Of a DNA stretch of 55,049 nt, positions 1-12,423 are shown piece by piece (the first letter of the stretch is position 1; each line of letters opens with the position of its first letter). A program made the translations under genes and the position numbers. Below the pieces are notes generated by a model. The model ran no database searches, was not told the origin of the DNA, and worked only from the letters and a program-made list of their open reading frames with translations. Source of the DNA: Octopus bimaculoides (taxonomy: Eukaryota); NCBI RefSeq assembly GCF_001194135.2, contig NC_068985.1, forward strand, positions 43,557,529 through 43,612,577, given 5' to 3'.

Positions 1-268
1 TGCCAGTGCCCCTGGACTGGCTCTTGTGCGGGTTGCACATAAAAGACACCATTTCGAGCGTGGCCGTTTTCGTGTGGGTGACACGTAAAAGCACTCACTA
101 CACTCTCTGAGTGGTTGGCGTTAGGAAGGGCATCCAGCTGTAGAAACTCTGCCAAATTAGATTGGAGCCTGGTGTTGCCATCCGGTTTCACCAGTCCTCA
201 GTCAAATCGTCCAACCCATGCTAGCATGGAAAGCGGACGTTAAACGATGATGATGATGATGATGATGA
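1..268 (+). mobile_element. 3' end of an RTE-type LINE (or SINE sharing its tail) with (GAT)n tail
   Basis: ...ccaacccatgctagcatggaaagcggacgttaaacgatgatgat; the same tail terminates the RT-bearing copy at 36903-38450. Confidence 0.75.
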
Positions 269-635
269 TATATATTGGGTTGTCAGATAAATTTGTTCAT
301 TTTTTCCCATTTATCCTGATCTTTTCCAATGTTATTTGAATTAATGTGATAAATATTCTTATTGTAGTGATTTGCTTTTTCTAGCTCTCTTCTTCCTCTA
401 CAACTTTTATGCATTGTTTTGAAATTTGAATAAAATTTACATCATTTGAAACATATTTGTGTATGTGTGTCTTATATTGACGTTGGAAAGCAGCCACAAT
501 ACAGCCAGAAATAAGAACAAATGTTTACACTTTTAGCTTATTTATTTCAATATTTTAGTCATAAAAGCTCCTAGTCACAAATGAGAAGTGAACTGACTAG
601 GCCTTTTAATAACTGTAATATCGATATAAGATTAA

Positions 636-833
636 CCCTTTAGCTTTAAACTGGCTGTATTCTCCCTGTTTTAATGTTCAAACTGGCCAGGTCTGGCCTC
701 TCACATCAACCATACAATATCATTCTAAAAATTAAGTTATCTCATTAAGATCTCAAAGCCACATGATAATGCATGATTAATTCAAAACAATGTGAACAAA
801 CATTACTTTTGATAGAATATGAATGCTAAAGGG
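636..833. mobile_element. piggyBac-type MITE
   Basis: TTAA|CCCTTTAGC ... GCTAAAGGG|TTAA: terminal inverted repeats and TTAA target site. Confidence 0.75.
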
Positions 834-940
834 TTAAAGAGTAAATTTTCGTTTTTATTCCTGTATTTCTAACTCTATTACTGTGGTTTTCTAAATCACT
901 TGATTCTATTTGACAATGTTTCAAATACATTACTTTATTC

Positions 941-1536
941 GGATCTATTTCAAAATGGGGGCACCAGTTTTCATTTATGTTTTATGTAGAGTTTTTGGTA
1001 CTGAAAGACTTTCAAACTTCGTATACTTATCTATTTTGTGTTATAGAACAGAAAAAAATTTTTGTATTCGAATTTATTTCATGTAAAAAATTGTCTTATT
1101 TCGATAATTTCTATTAATCACTGATGTCTATTCAGTTGAAAACAGTTAGCGCTGTAACGGTGTATATCGTATTAATCCCCTAACCCTAACCCTAACTAGA
1201 CTGTTAACCCTAACCCTAAAACTAACCCTAACTCTAGAATCCGAACTCTAAAATTGTTACACACATAGATACGCACAGCGTAATTTATTATATAAACAAT
1301 ATATGCGTATAAATTACGATTAAACCGGATGAAATATGTCACAGGGAATAACATTTTTATGACCACCCAGCAGTAACTCTATTCAGCTGAATAGACGTCA
1401 GTGATTGGTTGAAATTACAGAAATACGACAACTTTAACATGGAATAACTTGCGATGTACGTTGTGTCCCAAGTTTCAAAGTGTTTCGTTAGTGTTTCGTT
1501 AAGAAAATACTGGTGCCCCTGTTTTGAAATAGATCC
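941..1536. mobile_element. Fold-back element with internal (CCCTAA)n
   Basis: 941-968 vs 1509-1536 inverted 26/28; 1091-1148 vs 1374-1431 inverted 48/58; CCCTAA repeats at 1178-1236. Confidence 0.6.
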
Positions 1537-1558
1537 CTTTATTCTAATAATACATATA

Positions 1559-1947
1559 TTGTTGTTGTTGGTACTCTGTCGCTTACGACGTCGAGGGTCC
1601 CAGTTGATCCGATCAATGGAACAGCCTGCTCGTGAAATTAACGTGCATGTGGCTGAGCACTCCACAGACATGTGTACCCTTAACGTAGTTCTCGGGGATA
1701 TTCAGCGTGACACAGTGTGACAAGGCTGACCCTTTCAATTACAAGCGCAACAGAAACAGGAAGTAAGAGTGAGAGAAAGTTGTGGTGAAAGAGTACAGCA
1801 GGATTTGTCACCATCCCCTGTCGGAGCCTCGTGGAACTTTAAGTGTTTTCGCTCAATAAACACTCACAACGCCCGGTCTGGGAATCGAAACCGCGATCCT
1901 ATGACTGTGAGTCCGCTGTCCTAACCACTGGGCCATTGCACCTCCAC
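1559..1947 (-). mobile_element. tRNA-derived SINE, apparently full length, (CAA)n tail
   Basis: Minus-strand head with A-box TGGCCCAGTGG and B-box-like GGTTTCGATTCC; caacaacaac tail at about 1559-1570. Confidence 0.75.
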
Positions 1948-3611
1948 AATACATATATTAAATGATATCTATTCTTCATTACCAATTACTTAATGTAAAT
2001 TTTAGCATGATGTTTTGCTTGATAAAATGTTATTTCCAAGTTTTCTATCATTCCTCAATTGTGGTTGAAGATTATCTGTTATTCCAAGTTTCTACATCAC
2101 AACAAAGGAAACAACTTAACACTTTAATATATTTTAATACTGGATCTCATAACATTGTCTGTTGCTCTGAAATCTACCTTTTACATGTAATACCAGAGAC
2201 ACCTTAAAACCAAGTACAGTGGAATTTAAGTGAGGTACAGCCAGCTGTCACTCTTGAGTAAATATAGCTTGTTAGTATGTACTGTGTTCCCACTGACAGT
2301 TTTAGGTGTCAATGTAGTCATGCACATAGAGCTCTCTCCCACCATTCTTAGTTCCCTTACCCTTGATCCAACAGATCAACAGTAAAGGAGCAGTCAAAGA
2401 TGTGACACCCAGAAGGAGAGAGGGCTGTACCAACATGTGGCTGGTACAGCTCTCTCTCTCTCTCTCTGAGTAGATTGGAGCACTAAGAAATGATGTGATA
2501 TAATCAAAGACACAAAATACTGCATAGTCTGGGATTTGATCCCATGGCATTATGATCATGAGTTGAGCACCCTAACCACTAGAATATGTTGCTTCATGCA
2601 GTGGGATTAATAGTACTCATTTTTACATGTTACGGCAGTGATATATCTCTCCTAAACACAGTGATATTAAGTAATAATTGTAAATTTTTACTTGTAATAG
2701 CAGATAACTGTCAGGTAGGTTTAGTAATAAAAGTGTTAGTGAGAGAATAAAGAGGAACTAGAGACGACAAAAAAGATGTGTGTTTTCATCAAATGTTGTT
2801 TTATTGTAGATGAAAAGGAATGTTGACTTTGGATTTATTGATATCCAGCATAAGACCATCAGTTTGTAACAAATCAATATAAGAAATACCAAGTCACTTC
2901 TCTCTTGTGCTAACTTAAGTGATTGTGTTCAACAAACAAGACAGTAGTGAAAAAAAATTTACAGTGTTTATAAAGAATAAAGCTTTTCAAAAATGTGTAT
3001 TTAGGTGGGTAGAAAGTGGAAAAAAAAAAAAAGAAGCAAAATTTAAATATAAAAAGGAACTCATAAATCTTTTAAGAATAAGAAAAATATATAAACTTTT
3101 GGTTCTTCATTACACTGAAATTTGAAGCAATCATATACAGAAAGATAAGTAGATAGCTACTGAGGATTATTTATTTATTGTTTTTTTTTNNNNNNNNNNN
3201 NNNNNNNNNNNNNNNNNNNNNNNNNNNNNNNNNNNNNNNNNNNNNNNNNNNNNNNNNNNNNNNNNNNNNNNNNNNNNNNNNNNNNNNNNNNNNNNNNNNN
3301 NNNNNNNNNNNNNNNNNNNNNNNNNNNNNNNNNNNNNNNNNNNNNNNNNNNNNNNNNNNNNNNNNNNNNNNNNNNNNNNNNNNNNNNNNNNNNNNNNNNN
3401 NNNNNNNNNNNNNNNNNNNNNNNNNNNNNNNNNNNNNNNNNNNNNNNNNNNNNNNNNNNNNNNNNNNNNNNNNNNNNNNNNNNNNNNNNNNNNNNNNNNN
3501 NNNNNNNNNNNNNNNNNNNNNNNNNNNNNNNNNNNNNNNNNNNNNNNNNNNNNNNNNNNNNNNNNNNNNNNNNNNNNNNNNNNNNNNNNNNNNNNNNNNN
3601 NNNNNNNNNNN

Positions 3612-3644
<33 letters not shown>

Positions 3645-4906
3645 TATAGATATATATGTACGTATGCATATGTGTGTGTATATGTGTACATAATATAAAC
3701 ATACACATATATATCTTTATATTATATACGCATACACATATATGTATATAAATATATGCACAGACACATAGATATTGAGATAGACAGAGAGACAGACACA
3801 CCACACCTACACACCTGCCTTCTATAGTGTAATACAAAGAGACAACACTCACTAACAAATACATTTACACACAGACATACTTGTCGTTTTGCATTCTTGA
3901 ATTAGAGGGTTTGGGAGCTACAAAACAAATATATGTATGTATATAAATGATGCATACCATTGTGTATATACGTACATATGAATACATAAACTCCAAACTC
4001 CTACATGTTGATATAAATATGAAAGGAGAATAATAAAACTAACAAAAACAAAAGAACCCCTAAAATTTACTGACACCAGCCCAAACAGGGACTCATTTGA
4101 GTCACTATTGAAAACTTCTACTTCTTTTCAGACATGACAGATGAAGCTAGAAGCTGTGTGAGGTACAATACTTTTTGTACAAGGGATGATAGTATATCTA
4201 TTTAGACTTGAGAGCTAAAATGATTGTAGAGAGACTGAATTATTATTAATACTTGCATTTATTTTGAATTTGACATTTCTAGATATTTTGTCCGACAGTT
4301 TAAAATTGGCTTTGATAAGTATAATTAATCAGATACTATTGCTTCAGAGTTTTGCATGTGTGAGAATGTGAGAGAGAGGGAGGGAGACAGAAATTTCTTC
4401 TAGAGTTAAATAAACTGTCTGAAATTTCCTGAGAGAACAACAGTGTGCTGTTTGACTAGTCAATAGATTTTAGAGAATTTCTTGTGATCTCTCAAAGAAT
4501 AAATTATATATTCTTTAAACCACAGCTCATTTTTAAAATCTTGTAACTAAATTTTGGGAATAATAAATAATCTTTGCATAAAATATATTAAAAAAAAAAA
4601 TCAAGCAATATAACATAGTATAATAAGTTTTAATGGCATGTTATAATATAGCAATAGCATCGATGGGTANNNNNNNNNNNNNNNNNNNNNNNNNNNNNNN
4701 NNNNNNNNNNNNNNNNNNNNNNNNNNNNNNNNNNNNNNNNNNNNNNNNNNNNNNNNNNNNNNNNNNNNNNNNNNNNNNNNNNNNNNNNNNNNNNNNNNNN
4801 NNNNNNNNNNNNNNNNNNNNNNNNNNNNNNNNNNNNNNNNNNNNNNNNNNNNNNNNNNNNNNNNNNNNNNNNNNNNNNNNNNNNNNNNNNNNNNNNNNNN
4901 NNNNNN

Positions 4907-4944
<38 letters not shown>

Positions 4945-5410
4945 ATATATATATGTATATAGAGTAATCTGTTTGGTAATTTCTGAGAGTGTTATCAACA
5001 ATTTATCGATAATTTCAATAACTTTAAAACATTCAACTAATAATAAACGAAGGGCTGTTTTAACAATAAACTACAGCTTTAACAAAAATATATATTTCTT
5101 TGAAATGAAGATTTTTTTTTGTTTTTTTACTGAGCTCAGTTTCAGCAAGTAAACTATAACTGAAGTTTTCTGCAACATGAAATTAAATGCAGAAATAAAA
5201 TAATAGAAAAAAAAATGTTTAGAAAAGCATTAGATTTTAATTGTCTTTATAATTATGTTATGCATGCATAGTAAAATAGAATATATACATACACATGCAC
5301 GTACACCTACACATTTACTTACACATATGCATATATAAACATATCCATACACACACACATATACAAATATATACATACACATACATACAAATATATACAT
5401 ACACATACAT

Positions 5411-5470
<60 letters not shown>

Positions 5471-5756
5471 GTATATATAAATGATGGTGGCACTAATAAG
5501 AGTAGCTGGATAATAATATGTCAATCATGAAGAACTGTCTTCTTTAATAGTTGTAAATGAAAATTTCAAAGAAGGATTTATTTAAGACAAAATCTTGTTC
5601 TTTAAATACCCCTTATATATTAACTCAATGAAATATTAACAGCCAAGAAAATATGTTGGCAAAACAAATAAACCAAGAAACAAGGTAATTTCAGTAGTAT
5701 AGGTATAATATTAATAATTTAATAATAATAATAATAATTATAATAATAATAATAAT

Positions 5757-5950
5757 TGTTTCTAATTTAGGCACAAGGCCAACAATTTTTGAGGTGAGAT
5801 GGTTAGTCAATACCACTGACCTCAGTACTTGACTGGTATTTATATTTTATCAACCCTGAAAAGCAAAGTTGACCTTGACAGGGCTTGAATTTAGAAAGTA
5901 GAAGACTGTAATGTAGTATTTTCTCCAACATTCAAACAATTCTGCCATGC
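5757..5950 (-). mobile_element. Abundant SINE with a Deu/Nin-like core (other copies near 27650-27830, 31540-31720, 32124-32230, 41365-41560, 45700-45870, 50655-50850, 53500-53695)
   Basis: Recurrent ggcacaagg...ctggtacttattttat.gacc.tgaaaggatgaaaggcaaagt...atttgaactcaga...gctaagcattttg; family naming is from recall. Confidence 0.75.
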
Positions 5951-5956
5951 ATCACA

Positions 5957-6009
<53 letters not shown>

Positions 6010-9000
6010 AAATTAAAATATCACTGCTGTCCTTTGGAGGGAAGTATACACAATAAAAATACAGTTAAAAGAATAGTTTTAAAAATAAACAGAATGAAAT
6101 GCTGGCAAGATTATTATTGTTATTGTTATTATTATTATTATCAATTTTTTAGTGATTTCTTTTCTTAGGCCAGTAACAGCAGTGAGAACAACAAAATATA
6201 AGCTGTAGACACTGGATTAATTAAATATGATAAATGACATACAGATTAATATAATTTCCTTTTACATTAATTGTTTGTAGTAGGAAACTAAATATATGCT
6301 ATGGAAAAAAATTGAACTGGGAAAATAAGTTAATTTAGAAATGAAAGAGCAAAAATAAACAACATGGATTTATTCTAGGAGAGACAAGAGAAATTATAGA
6401 TGAAGTGTGGTGTGTAGTAGTAGTAGTAGTTGTTAAATTATTATCAACTGACAAGAAGAGTTCAGGAGCATATTGCGGTAATGTGCCATATTACGTTTGT
6501 CTAATGCTAACAGAAGGATAATCAGTCAACAGCTTTCAATGACTAGAATTCTTGAAGGGGAATGGACACATATTTGTTTCAGTAAATTTAGTATTACCAT
6601 AAGCTATAGTCATCAAATGAAATTCCAAATTGATTTTTGGAATCAATATTAAAAAAAACAAACAACTTCTTGTTGAGGTTATAATTCCAGGAAAAAACTA
6701 TGCCAGGTGTAAAATAAAATAATTTTTTTTTTAAACCAAAAAAAAAAAAAAAAAAGACATTTAAATGTTCCCTTTTTAATTTTTATTGTTATTATGTTTT
6801 TTTTTAATTAAAAAATGAATGTAACTTTTATTTTTCTGCTCATTTTGCAACAAAGAAAGAAACTTTGTTTTAACAAAAAAATTCAAGGAAAAAAAAAAAA
6901 ACTGAAAAGAAAAAAAACCTTTAAAAAAGCCACAAAGGCTTTTTTTTAGTAATAATAAATTGACTAGAACATGTTGATTGCACATTTTGGAGAAGTTCTA
7001 TAGGAGGCAGTTAATACATATAAAGCAATGATGAAATAATCCAAATTAACATCAATTTTTTAGTCTTTGAATCACACTCAAAGCCTGACTATCAACATCA
7101 TTTTTCAGTACTAGAATGATTTTGTGTGTTTGTTGTCCATTTTGTAAAGGATAATCATAAATCCATTTAGTTGAGGAGTGGACTAATTCAATATTACTGA
7201 GTTGATCTAATTACAGATTTCAGTTATAATTAAGTGATGTTTTAGTTGCATTAAAGCTTGCATGGAAGGAAATTATTGGTAGAGTTGGTAAGAAACCAAC
7301 ATTAAGTAGTTTTTAAGGTGAACAAGCTTCAACATTTAAGACATGTACCATAGTTGATAGACTCATACACACAGTATAGCATGAATATGCAGTCAGATAC
7401 ACAGGCATACAGTAGAATAGATTATTGATCAAGTATAGATCTACATTCACTTGATGCATATTTACAAACACCCATGCACAATGATACCCTCACAAAGAGC
7501 TGTAATATTAAAGATCTAATGTTATCAAAATGGAGTCAACCACAGAAAAAGCTTCAAATTGACTTGGTTTGCCACAAATGGCCAAAGTTGGTCTAGTGGT
7601 ACTATAAATATCCTTTGCCTATTACATTGAATGAAGAAGGAAAAACACACAGCAATGATCTATGTGTCAGTTAGAGTGGAAGCTTTCATCTAATGTGTCG
7701 AAATAATAAAGCTATGAAATTTATTTCACAGAGAGGAACAATTAATGTAAAATTAGCTCCAAAGCAGAAGGGATCCATCGACAGGTTTGTGTAGACATAG
7801 AAGAATAAAAACTGAGTAAAACTATTAATTTTCACTGAACAATTGTTTAGGCATTGTACCATCATCAATGTTGATAATAATAATGATAATGATGATAATG
7901 ATAAAATAATAATAATAATAATAATAGTAATAATAATAATATAGTAATTCTTTGTAGAATAAATAAAAGTTCAGAAGCTTCAAATGAGTTAGTAAAGAAA
8001 GTTCTGAAAATTTGTAAATTATTTATATTCAAGAATGTAGGAGATAGAATAGAAGGGAGGTAAAAATCAAAATATGAACTTTTCATGGCAAATAAATGTT
8101 AAATTGCTACAGACAGTCGATATATTTTAGTTTAAATACAGAGAACTATAGTGTTAATATTTATGGTACCATAATAATATCATCAATGATGATGATATTA
8201 TTATTATTATTATTATTATTATTATCATCATCATCATCATCATCATCATCCTTATTATTATTCAGTACTATTTATGACAGCACACTTTAACATCAACAGA
8301 AAATTACACAAGAACACAAAGAAAATCCTCAAATAATTCCAACTAAGAATGAAACCAAATAAATCGGTCAAGTCCAAGAGATTATATCACAGAATCAGTT
8401 GTCTAAACCTTGAGTTTTAGATCTTATATATTAATACTAAAGCAGATGAAACAGAAATATACCAGAATTAGGAAAGAATATGAAAAGTTTCATAAAACTA
8501 AAACAAGTTTAAACATATGCACAAATTTTGTTCTTTAATTCAAATTGAATTTCTGTGTGTGTGTGTGTGTGTGTATGTGTGTGTGTGTGTGTGTGTGCGT
8601 ACGTGTGTGTGCATGAGTGTGTCCATCAAAATAGCAAAGTAACAGATAAAGAACTTGGATTATGTTAAAAAGGTCATCAATAAAATAATAAAAATCTGAG
8701 GTTATGTGTAAGACAGTATGAAGTGTGTGTCTGTATATGTGAGTGTATTTCAACAACTTACAAACAATTGTAGAAACAAACAAAAAGGAAGGTTATTGAA
8801 GGATACTATTAAATAAATTTTGTATTAGTAAAAATATAAGAGTGGGGAAATGAAGAAAGAAATGTAAACAAAGAGGTATGAAAGAAAAGAGACAGGAAAT
8901 TTCACTAAAACTAAATGCGAAGATTACAGTTTATGGCAGTGGTGTATAAGCAACAGAGAGAACTGAAAAGAATGCACATGTATATATGTATATATATATA

Positions 9001-9817
9001 TATATATANNNNNNNNNNNNNNNNNNNNNNNNNNNNNNNNNNNNNNNNNNNNNNNNNNNNNNNNNNNNNNNNNNNNNNNNNNNNNNNNNNNNNNNNNNNN
9101 NNNNNNNNNNNNNNNNNNNNNNNNNNNNNNNNNNNNNNNNNNNNNNNNNNNNNNNNNNNNNNNNNNNNNNNNNNNNNNNNNNNNNNNNNNNNNNNNNNNN
9201 NNNNNNNNNNNNNNNNNNNNNNNNNNNNNNNNNNNNNNNNNNNNNNNNNNNNNNNNNNNNNNNNNNNNNNNNNNNNNNNNNNNNNNNNNNNNNNNNNNNN
9301 NNNNNNNNNNNNNNNNNNNNNNNNNNNNNNNNNNNNNNNNNNNNNNNNNNNNNNNNNNNNNNNNNNNNNNNNNNNNNNNNNNNNNNNNNNNNNNNNNNNN
9401 NNNNNNNNNNNNNNNNNNNNNNNNNNNNNNNNNNNNNNNNNNNNNNNNNNNNNNNNNNNNNNNNNNNNNNNNNNNNNNNNNNNNNNNNNNNNNNNNNNNN
9501 NNNNNNNNNNNNNNNNNNNNNNNNNNNNNNNNNNNNNNNNNNNNNNNNNNNNNNNNNNNNNNNNNNNNNNNNNNNNNNNNNNNNNNNNNNNNNNNNNNNN
9601 NNNNNNNNNNNNNNNNNNNNNNNNNNNNNNNNNNNNNNNNNNNNNNNNNNNNNNNNNNNNNNNNNNNNNNNNNNNNNNNNNNNNNNNNNNNNNNNNNNNN
9701 NNNNNNNNNNNNNNNNNNNNNNNNNNNNNNNNNNNNNNNNNNNNNNNNNNNNNNNNNNNNNNNNNNNNNNNNNNNNNNNNNNNNNNNNNNNNNNNNNNNN
9801 NNNNNNNNNNNNNNNNN

Positions 9818-9860
<43 letters not shown>

Positions 9861-11318
9861 TATATGTGCATATATGTGTGTATGACTACATACACATACA
9901 CACCTATCTTTGTGTGTGTGTGTGTGAGTGTATGTGTGTATACATATATGCATACATATAGTTCTATATAGACATATACATACATATGCACATATATATA
10001 AACAGTACATACATATACATACATATATATGTAAACACATATATGTGTGTGCACATGTGTGTGTGTGTGTGTCTGTATGAGTGAGTGTATCAGTGTATGC
10101 ATGTTTGTGTGTGTGGAAAGGTGAACAAAGTGCTTTCTGCACCCGCACAACATAGGTGCTTTATAAGGTAATGGACAATGAAGTTAGAATTCAGCATCAA
10201 TTATTAATCCACAGAAACTGACAATACACAGTTGTTTGTGCAGGATTGACAAGATAACTATGGAATGATACTGATTGAAGATGAATAATTCAATAAGCCA
10301 GTCATGTAGACCTCTTTACATGCTGGAGATCACAGAAAGATAAACAGGCTGAAGTTATAAAATAAAAAAAATTAGTCAATAAAGAGATAAAGAATATAAA
10401 TGACTGGTGAATAAAGATCGATTAATGAATAAGAGCATCACACTACATGCCTAGATAGTACCCATGTGTGTGTACCTATGCATCTAAGGATATAAATATA
10501 TGTATACATATATATACACATACACATATATTATATACATATATATGTGTGTGTGTGTATACATACACACACATATATATATATATATATACATACATAC
10601 CTATAAACAAGCACACACACACACACAATTGTGTGTATGCTATATACACGTGGCTGTGTGGTGACACCCTAACAAACAGGAATAACGTAATAGAAACTCA
10701 TAATCCAATAAACAAGGCAGCAACAAGAACAAGAGTTAAGAATTTTCCTTAAAATAATTATGATGATGATGATGATGATAATGATGATGATGAGGATGAT
10801 AAGGATGAAGATGCTGATGATATTAGCAGAAGACCACAAATATAGAGAATTAACTCCCAGCCAAGTAAGTACAACAAGGTATTTTGTCTGGCATTCTACT
10901 GAGTCTGCTAATAAATAATAATAATAATAATAATAATGATGATGATAATGATAATAATAATAATAATAATAATAAAGAGATGCTGTCAGCCAGAGTGTAT
11001 TCTGTTGCAAGCACAGTAACAATATTAGACACAATTTTGATTATAAAACAATATATTTTTCTCTATTTTCTCACTTGAAGTTGCTGCCTGGACCATATCT
11101 GAATAGACACCCACATTGTACCAGCAGACAGCAAATGTCTACACATCGACAAAACACTGCATTATGATTTTGTATTCAATATGATTTGGTGTGGTGGAAA
11201 AAACTGAAACTAAAAGTTCCAGTTTTGAGGAATTAATATGAAGGAATAAATAGGAAACTTAAGTCATTTTTGAAATGTATTAAGTGAAATAGAATGAATA
11301 AATGATTTAATGCAGAGA

Positions 11319-11359
<41 letters not shown>

Positions 11360-11734
11360 AAACAATAACTAAATTAGATAATGCAAAGAGAAGACAACAA
11401 ACTTCCAATGAAGAAAGATGGCAAAAAACTGCATCTAAACATTAATTTAAACAAATAACGCTATTTTGAAACACATTTACATGCAGCAGTAGCAAATAAA
11501 GCTATTCTTACTAACTACACTTTTCATACAGTTTGTAGAAAAAAACCCATTGTTGCAGCACAAGTATAGCTGTACACATAACTGTTGAGTTAACTACTCA
11601 CACTCACACACAGACATACTGATGCATGCACATGCACACAGAGAAACTAGTACATACATACACACATATCTGCAGATGTTGAAGGTTGTAACAAACACAC
11701 TTTCTCCCCACCCAACATTCATTTTTTTTCAATT

Positions 11735-11740
11735 TTTATT
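11735..11740 (-). terminator. Candidate proximal polyadenylation signal for Nrg
   Basis: First AATAAA I found on the minus strand after the stop, with GU-rich gtgtgtttgt about 35-45 nt downstream; a distal AATAAA with a U-rich tract lies near 6781-6786. Confidence 0.3.
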
Positions 11741-12215
11741 TTTTCACACACTTGGAAAAAAACCCCTCCAAAATACAACAAAAACCAACAAAACAAAAAC
11801 AGTATGAAAGTTAATGATTAAATAAATAGAAGTATTTAGTTATGGATGATTACTGTTGGGTATTTTAATCATTGATGTGAATTCTAGTTTTGGTTTGAAG
11901 CAAGTTATTTTGTTCACCTTTTTTGAGTAAATTTTAAATTTAAATAAATGTTTTTTTTTTTTAATGGCACTGAAGCATCTGTTAACAATAGTTTATCACT
12001 GTTGTTTGCAATAGTATTCAGCAGCTGGCAAGGGGATCAAGCTAAGCCCCATATTTGATGAACCAGTGCAGCTCAGAAATACATACAAAAAGGGTAGTTA
12101 AGGAGAGTTATAATCTCCGTAGTTTCATTGGTGTTTTTATCATTTTTCTCCTCACATCCACCGAGAGGAAAGAAAAAGAAAACCCCAAAAAACAACCTCA
12201 TTTTTTTTTGCCGAG

Positions 12216-12423
12216 TTACACAAACGTAGACATGGCAGATGGTGCAGCAGTCTCCGTTGCTTCCTTCTTGTCCTGGGTGCCATACTGTCCAATGAAGGAG
12301 CCGTCTTCATTGAATTTACTAGGATCAACGTCTCCATAGTCTCCTAAGCTATCGGAATCACTTATTCCACTGGTTTTGTCTCCATTCACTAAGGCTCCAG
12401 GTTTACCAATTCCATTTTCATCA
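12216..12423 (-). CDS. Nrg: Nrg last coding exon DENGIGKPGALVNGDKTSGISDSDSLGDYGDVDPSKFNEDGSFIGQYGTQDKKEATETAAPSAMSTFV*
   Basis: ttgatctttcag acceptor, TAA at 12216-12218; FIGQY ankyrin motif and a class I PDZ-type C-terminus. Confidence 0.97.

Noticed and set aside
1178-1236. (CCCTAA)n as a chromosome end
   Set aside because: Short, degenerate and embedded in an inverted-repeat element
1875-1947. tRNA-like sequences here and near 47700-47778 as tRNA genes
   Set aside because: They are SINE heads continuing into SINE bodies and tails; no complete cloverleaf evident
3167-10752. Long ORF-track entries rich in X or YI/HT/CV repeats (also near 35719-36374, 42573-43444, 51184-51931 and 54094-54964)
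   Set aside because: Artefacts of N gaps and (TA)n/(CA)n microsatellites
10760-10870. Acidic (GAT)n stretch followed by a plus-strand gtaagt
   Set aside because: Trinucleotide microsatellite; the Asp-rich frame stops before the donor
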